A DNA stretch of 64,000 bases from Hyphomicrobiales bacterium (GTDB lineage: Bacteria; Pseudomonadota; Alphaproteobacteria; Rhizobiales; Xanthobacteraceae): NCBI GenBank assembly GCA_016713235.1, contig JADJPN010000006.1, forward strand, positions 23,782-87,781, given 5' to 3'. A program made the position numbers and the translations under genes. The notes beneath the pieces were generated by a model that did no database searches, had not been told where the DNA came from, and was given only the letters and a program-made list of their open reading frames with translations. This document shows, in pieces, positions 58,972-64,000 of this stretch (position 1 is its first letter; every line of letters begins with the position of its first letter).

Positions 58972-59604
58972 TTATTGCGCGCTCAAGGTGGCGCTGGCGG
59001 CGTCCGAGGAAACCGCGATTTTCATGCCCTGCTCCCGCGCCAGAATGCCCGCATAGAAGGGCTGAATTGTCTGGGCGGTAACCGGCTCCGCCGGCGTCCC
59101 GGCAAGCAGGCCTTCGATCACCGGCTGGAGCCGCACGCGCTCCGCCGTGACGTTGACCGTGAAGCCCATGGTTTCGCCCGCGCCGATCGGATCGACCTTC
59201 ATGACGCCGCCGCGGGGCACCGCGCCTGCGGCGATCAGCATGAGGTTCAAAAGCAGCTTCACCCGGTTCTTCGGCACCAGTGTCTTCGGAATCGAAAACT
59301 CGACCTTCACGTCGGGCTCGAACAACTGCTTACCCAGATCGCCGGCGTCGCCGATATCGATCTGCGCCGTGGGCGACCCGGAGGAGCCGAAGGCAATGCG
59401 GGCAAATTTGAGCTTGGCCGTCGCCTGCACCGCGCTATGGCGGATCAGCTTCATCGCCTCCTCGCGCGACTCCGGCTTCTGATCCATCTCAAGGAGCTGG
59501 AAGCCGTTCTCCATCGCTGCGACGGGGTTGATGACATCATGACAGACCTTCGAGCAAAGCATGGCCGAAAGGTCGAGGGCATCGAGTTCGATGGGTGTGC
59601 TCAT
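58972..59604 (-). CDS. chpT: histidine phosphotransferase ChpT
   Basis: 210 aa with the N-terminal phosphorylatable-His helix LCSKVCHDVINPVAAMENGFQLL, as in ChpT of the CckA-ChpT-CtrA relay (by recall). Confidence 0.8.
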   Translation of the reverse strand: MSTPIELDALDLSAMLCSKVCHDVINPVAAMENGFQLLEMDQKPESREEAMKLIRHSAVQATAKLKFARIAFGSSGSPTAQIDIGDAGDLGKQLFEPDVKVEFSIPKTLVPKNRVKLLLNLMLIAAGAVPRGGVMKVDPIGAGETMGFTVNVTAERVRLQPVIEGLLAGTPAEPVTAQTIQPFYAGILAREQGMKIAVSSDAASATLSAQ

Positions 59605-59682
59605 GCTCCAGCCCTATGCGATTCGAAGTACTTTGGTCGAGCGGGGGCTCGTGATAGAGCCCCACGCGAAAAGGACAGGCCC

Positions 59683-60480
59683 GTGAATCGCGCGGAACGC
59701 TCTAAAATACTGACCGGCATGATCGCGGCAGCCGCCGAAGCCGGCACCAAAGTCCGCGAGATGGCGGCGAGCGGCGTGGTCACGCGCTCCAAGCCCGACG
59801 CCAGCCCCGTGACCGACGCCGATGAGGCCGCAGAAGCGATCATCGAGCGGCACCTGAACACGCTTCTGCCCGGCGTGCCGATGATCGGCGAGGAAGCGGT
59901 GGCAAACGGCTCGCGCACGAAGCCGGGCAGCACCTTCTTTCTGGTCGACCCGATCGACGGCACGCGCGACTACATCGCCAAGCGCGATGGCTACACCGTC
60001 AACATCGCGCTGCTGATCGAAGGCACGCCCGTACTCGGTGTCATCTATGCACCGGCGATGGGCGAACTCTTTGCCGGCGGTGCCGACGGCGCCTATCGCT
60101 GGCCGCTCGTGCCCGGGATCAATGTCGAGAATGTGCCGGAAGAAAAAATCCGCGTGCGCACGCCGCCGAAAAATCTCGTCGCCTGCGTCAGCTTCTCGCA
60201 TCTCGACAGCGACACGACCGCCTGGATGAAGAAGCGCAATATCGCGGAGACGATCAAGGTCGGCTCCTCGATCAAGTTCTGCCGGGTCGCGGAAGGCAAA
60301 GCCGATGTTTACCCGCGGCTCGCGCCGGTGAGCGAATGGGACATCGCAGCCGGACACGCGATCCTGATGGCGGCGGGAGGCTCAGTGCGTGCGCCCGACG
60401 GCACGCCGCTGCACTACGGAAAAAAGAAAGACGACTATGAAGTAACGAGCTTCATCGCGTCCGGCGGAATGGCGTTCTAG
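59683..60480 (+). CDS. cysQ: 3'(2'),5'-bisphosphate nucleotidase CysQ / inositol monophosphatase family
   Basis: GTG 59683 lies 7 nt after AAGGA. Motifs LVDPIDGTRDY and WDIAAGHAIL. The long upstream part of ORF 58390.. is antisense to chpT/cheA and is rejected. Confidence 0.85.
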   Translation: MNRAERSKILTGMIAAAAEAGTKVREMAASGVVTRSKPDASPVTDADEAAEAIIERHLNTLLPGVPMIGEEAVANGSRTKPGSTFFLVDPIDGTRDYIAKRDGYTVNIALLIEGTPVLGVIYAPAMGELFAGGADGAYRWPLVPGINVENVPEEKIRVRTPPKNLVACVSFSHLDSDTTAWMKKRNIAETIKVGSSIKFCRVAEGKADVYPRLAPVSEWDIAAGHAILMAAGGSVRAPDGTPLHYGKKKDDYEVTSFIASGGMAF

Positions 60481-60953
60481 GGAACCAGCTTCCTCTGCAC
60501 CGTGGGCCAGGCATTGGCTGCTGCCTCGAAGAGACTCGCCGGATCCGCGAGAAACTTCGCAAGACTTTCCTCGCGCGCAAAAAACAACAGCTTCTGCTGA
60601 TGCACGGCGAAGAACGCCGGATTGCCTTCAAGCGGCACGCCCTGCCCGACCGCGAGCGGATCGTAGCCGCCGAACGCAGGGATAAAATTTTCAGGCGCTT
60701 GCGCGAACGCCGCGCGATTGGCTTCCGAGCGGAACCGCCAGGAAAGCCCCGCGAAACGAAACTCGTAGGCGGCGTCACCGGGACGCGCGGCTTTCTCAAG
60801 GAAGTACGCAACCGGGTCGTAGCCGTAGCGCGCGACCCCGCTCAGCGGATCTTTCACGACCCGCTCACTGGTCGCAGCCTTCGAGGAGAACGCAGCGAGC
60901 GTCGCGGCGAACCAGACCGCCAGCAATCCGGCCAAAATGCGCCTTGGCATCAT
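60477..60953 (-). CDS. exported YHS-domain-like protein
   Basis: Signal peptide MMPRRILAGLLAVWFAATLAAFS. GYDPVAY and GGYDPLAV repeats are typical of this family (by recall). Confidence 0.65.
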   Translation of the reverse strand: MMPRRILAGLLAVWFAATLAAFSSKAATSERVVKDPLSGVARYGYDPVAYFLEKAARPGDAAYEFRFAGLSWRFRSEANRAAFAQAPENFIPAFGGYDPLAVGQGVPLEGNPAFFAVHQQKLLFFAREESLAKFLADPASLFEAAANAWPTVQRKLVP

Positions 60954-61111
60954 TCACGCTTCCCTAATCACTCCCGGGCGATCAAGATTCCACGCATCGG
61001 GCTTTGATTCGAAAGGCTAAAGCCCGCCGGTATGCGTCGGGTTAAGGCCGCCGTCCGGGCCTGAAAAGGGCGCAATTCCTGCGCCATCTGCCCGCGAATT
61101 CCTCGCCGGAG

Positions 61112-61693
61112 ATGACCATGACATTCCGCACCATCCTTCTTGCTTTCGTGGCTTTATTTGCGACGCTCCCCGCGGCGCAGGCCCAACAGCCGCAGCCGAA
61201 CAATTACCGGCAGCAATATTCGCGCAACGAAGTCGTCGACGCGGGCCACCGCTTCTTCGGCACCACGTCGCGCGAATTCGCTTTGCTGGTCGAACGCGCA
61301 ACCGCCCGCTGGGGCCAGCCCAACGGCTACATCCTCGGTGAAGAAGCCGGCGGTGCCATCACCATCGGTCTTCGTTACGGCGAAGGCACGCTTTACACCC
61401 GCAACGCCGGTGACCGCCGCGTGTTCTGGCAGGGCCCGTCCATCGGCTTCGACGTCGGCGGCGAAGGCGCGCGTGTAATGATGCTGGTCTACAATCTGCC
61501 CGCCTTGGAAACGCTCTATAACCGCTACGTCGGCATCTCCGGCTCCGCCTATTTTATCGGCGGCTTTGGCATGACCGCGGTAACATGGGACCGGGTTGTC
61601 ATCGTTCCGATACGAACCGGCGTTGGCCTGCGCTTGGGTGCGAATGTCGGCTATCTGAAATTTACGCCGACCGCGACCTGGTTCCCGCTCTAA
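61112..61693 (+). CDS. DUF1134 domain-containing exported protein (EipA-like)
   Basis: Signal peptide ...ATLPAAQA. The block GYILGEEAGGAITIGLRYGEGTLY...GPSIGFDVGG matches DUF1134 by recall. Confidence 0.8.
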   Translation: MTMTFRTILLAFVALFATLPAAQAQQPQPNNYRQQYSRNEVVDAGHRFFGTTSREFALLVERATARWGQPNGYILGEEAGGAITIGLRYGEGTLYTRNAGDRRVFWQGPSIGFDVGGEGARVMMLVYNLPALETLYNRYVGISGSAYFIGGFGMTAVTWDRVVIVPIRTGVGLRLGANVGYLKFTPTATWFPL

Positions 61694-61833
61694 AGCCACA
61701 CCTTTAACCCTATCGCCGCTGCGGCATTTCTCGCGCCGTGGCGCAGTGCGCCCCATCAATTAAGGTGAGACCGGAAGATCGCGTTTTGCGTGGGGTTAGC
61801 GTTGGTTTGCTGCAAGCATAAGGACCGCGAAGC

Positions 61834-63201
61834 ATGATCGAAGCGATCATGTTCTTCGCCCTCGGCTTCCTCGGCGCGACTCTGATCGCGCTGATCACAC
61901 TGTCCGCGATCTGGCATCGCGCGGTGCGGCTCACCACGAAGCGCATCGAAGGCGCGATCCCCGTTTCCATGGTCGAGATCCAGGCCGACAAGGATCAGCT
62001 CCGCGCCGAATTCGCGATGTCGACGCGCCGGCTCGAAAACAGCGTCGAGCAATTGAAATTCAAGACTTCCGAGCAGCTCGCCGAAATCGGCCGTAAGAGC
62101 GAAGCCGTGCGGCTCCTGAAGAACGAGATCGAGGCGAAGTCCGCGCGCGTCACCGCATTGGAGACGCAGGAGCGCACGCTGCGCGACAGGCTGAACTCGA
62201 CCGAGGAAGAACTTTCGTCAAAGTCGCGCATGCTGCACGACGCCGAGACCGCGCTTTCCGCGAAAGAGCGCGAGATTACCACCGCCATCAGTACGATCGG
62301 ATCGATCACAAGCGAGTCCGACAGCCGCCAGGTGGAAATCGTGGCGCTGCAAACTCAGCGCGATACGCTGAAAAGCCGGGTCGAGATGCTGGAGCGCGAG
62401 ATCGCGGCGACCGAAGCCCGCATGGCCGAGGAACGCGACGCCGCCGCACGCGCGAAAGAAACGCTCTCGCACGAACAGAGCACCGCCGAGGACTTAAAGA
62501 CGCGGCTGCGCGAAATGGAGACGCTGTTCTCGAATACGAAACGCGAAGCCGAAGCGCTCGCCGCCACCGTCGAAGAAATGAAGCAGGAAGCGCAGCACGC
62601 CGCGGAGCTTGCCAACAAGCGCGAAGAAGAATTGCAGACGCGGCTCACGGCGCGCGAGCGCGAACTCGCTGCGCATCTTTCCAAGCGCGAAGGCGAACTG
62701 CTTTCCGCCGCGAAAGACCGCGAAAGCGAGTTGCAAAGCGAGATTGCCGCTGCCAAGCAGAAACTGGACGAGGCCGCGGACGTCATCGAACGCGGCCGCG
62801 ACGAAGCAAAAGCCCTGCACGAAGAAGCCCGCCAGAAAACCGACGCATTCCAGGCAACGCTCGAGATCGTGCGTTCGGATAAAGCGCAGCTTGAAGGCGC
62901 GCTGGCGCAACTGCGCGAAGAACGCGACCGCATGGCCAGGGAAGCCGTCTCGCTGCGCGCGCAGGCGGAGAAATCCTGGTCCGAGGAGCGCGTGGAAAGC
63001 GCGCTCCTGCGCGAGCGCATCAATGATGTGGCGGCGGAAGTGGCGCGCCTTGCGATCAACCTTGAAGGCACAAATTCACCCATCGAACAGTTGCTCGCCA
63101 CCGACGCGCATACCAACGGCCACAAGAACGGCGGACAGGCCGGCGAAGTCCGCGTTTCGCTGGCGCAGCGCATCCGCAACCTGCAAAGCCGCCCGCGCTA
63201 A
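61834..63201 (+). CDS. membrane-anchored coiled-coil protein, function unknown
   Basis: N-terminal TM (IMFFALGFLGATLIALITLSAIW) followed by about 400 aa of heptad-like E/R/A/L-rich sequence. Confidence 0.75.
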   Translation: MIEAIMFFALGFLGATLIALITLSAIWHRAVRLTTKRIEGAIPVSMVEIQADKDQLRAEFAMSTRRLENSVEQLKFKTSEQLAEIGRKSEAVRLLKNEIEAKSARVTALETQERTLRDRLNSTEEELSSKSRMLHDAETALSAKEREITTAISTIGSITSESDSRQVEIVALQTQRDTLKSRVEMLEREIAATEARMAEERDAAARAKETLSHEQSTAEDLKTRLREMETLFSNTKREAEALAATVEEMKQEAQHAAELANKREEELQTRLTARERELAAHLSKREGELLSAAKDRESELQSEIAAAKQKLDEAADVIERGRDEAKALHEEARQKTDAFQATLEIVRSDKAQLEGALAQLREERDRMAREAVSLRAQAEKSWSEERVESALLRERINDVAAEVARLAINLEGTNSPIEQLLATDAHTNGHKNGGQAGEVRVSLAQRIRNLQSRPR

Positions 63202-63364
63202 ACCACCGCTTGGCATGCGCTGCCGTTTTCGCGTAAGGTTTCTTTGCCGCTGATTGCGGCCCGCCGTCGAAGGCGGCCTTCGCCCCTTTCCTGCTTGACG
63301 AAGCGGAAGGCCGTGGCGCTTCAAATAAAAACAGACGGGCACTCGGTGCCCCGGAGAACTTGTC

Positions 63365-64000
63365 ATGAAGCGACGGCATCTGCTTCGCGCTGCGCTGTCT
63401 GCGCTCGCGCTTACATTCGCACTTCCCCTCACCTCGCCGCTGAAGGCGCAGGAACAGCCCATTGTCGTATTCGCCGCGGCAAGCATGAAAAATGCACTCG
63501 ACGAAGTCGCAGCCGAATGGATCAAGACGAACAAGCTAGATGTAAAGATCAGTTATGCCGCGAGCTCCGCGCTCGCGAAACAACTGGAAAACGGCGCGCC
63601 GGCCGACATCTTCGTCTCGGCCGACCTCAGATGGATGGATCATGTTGAAGGGAAAAAACTCGTTCGCGCGGGCACGCGGCAGAGCCTCTTGGGCAACACG
63701 CTCGTGCTGATCGCGCGCAAGGATGGAAAATTCAAGGACGTGAAGATCGGTCAGAATTTCGATCTGGCAGGCATGCTCGGCAACGACCGTCTCGCGGTCG
63801 GCCAGGTCGATAGCGTTCCGGCGGGTCGCTACGCAAAGGCCGCACTCGAAAAACTCGGCATCTATAAGTCTGTCGAGCCCAAGCTTGCGCAGGCCGAGAA
63901 CGTGCGCGTGGCGCTCGCCTATGTCGCGCGCGGCGAAGCTCCGCTGGGTATCGTGTACGGCACCGATGCGGCCTCCGAGCCGCAGGTGATGGTCGCCGGG
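63365..64000 (+). CDS. modA: molybdate ABC transporter substrate-binding protein ModA (3' end outside the window)
   Basis: Hand translation from ATG 63365 gives MKRRHLLRAALSALALTFALPLTSPLKAQEQPIVVFAAASMKNALDEV...GAPADIFVSADLRWMD...VPAGRYAKAALEKLG, with the frame open to the window end. It is absent from the ORF track because it has no stop. Confidence 0.88.
   Translation, partial: MKRRHLLRAALSALALTFALPLTSPLKAQEQPIVVFAAASMKNALDEVAAEWIKTNKLDVKISYAASSALAKQLENGAPADIFVSADLRWMDHVEGKKLVRAGTRQSLLGNTLVLIARKDGKFKDVKIGQNFDLAGMLGNDRLAVGQVDSVPAGRYAKAALEKLGIYKSVEPKLAQAENVRVALAYVARGEAPLGIVYGTDAASEPQVMVAG

Noticed and set aside
58390-59682. Long N-terminal extension of the cysQ ORF (696 aa in total)
   Set aside because: The extension is antisense to cheA and chpT and has nonsense-like composition. 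A GTG with a good SD at 59683 gives a normal 265-aa CysQ.
63202-63364. Moco riboswitch or ModE operator upstream of modA
   Set aside because: Only small generic hairpins are present (for example GGGCAC-TCG-GTGCCC at 63338-63352). There is no recognisable Moco motif architecture and no ModE-type AT-rich inverted repeat.

Overview
This is a visibly high-GC alphaproteobacterial chromosomal segment. Protein content and gene order look Bradyrhizobiaceae/Nitrobacteraceae-like; that placement is inferred, since no search was possible. Most of the window is core housekeeping. Gene content in order: apt; the cytochrome bc1 genes petA-petB-petC; trmL; hemF; a translationally coupled DUF1285-Nudix-membrane protein-CCA enzyme-SRPBCC operon; a MoxR/DUF58/BatA-DUF4159/membrane-protein module; GST, Nudix and phosphoesterase genes; a flagellar block (flgD-fliK, fliF-fliG-fliH-fliN-flbD, flhA, fliJ-fliI); mnmA; one tRNA(CAU); putR/putA; a liv-type ABC transporter; hemA (ALA synthase); ctrA; an ABC-2 exporter; cheA-W-Y-B-R; chpT; cysQ; DUF1134; a coiled-coil protein; and a 5' partial modA. 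I saw no CRISPR array, rRNA, transposase or integrase. Main anomalies: (1) a ~220-bp tract of almost pure G/C homopolymers, including a 62-nt G run, just 3' of ctrA, followed by ~1.7 kb with no convincing gene; (2) three unrelated genes (fliG, the BatA/DUF4159 gene, an EamA transporter) each broken by what looks like a one-base deletion, which points to assembly indels or pseudogenes; (3) a 32-bp tandem repeat that overlaps a stop codon; (4) several candidate regulatory motifs (a sigma-54 promoter for fliK, CtrA boxes and a GANTC cluster at ctrA, and repeated motifs upstream of fliF/hemA and flhA). No clearly novel multi-gene system could be demonstrated. All family assignments come from recalled motifs, not from searches.
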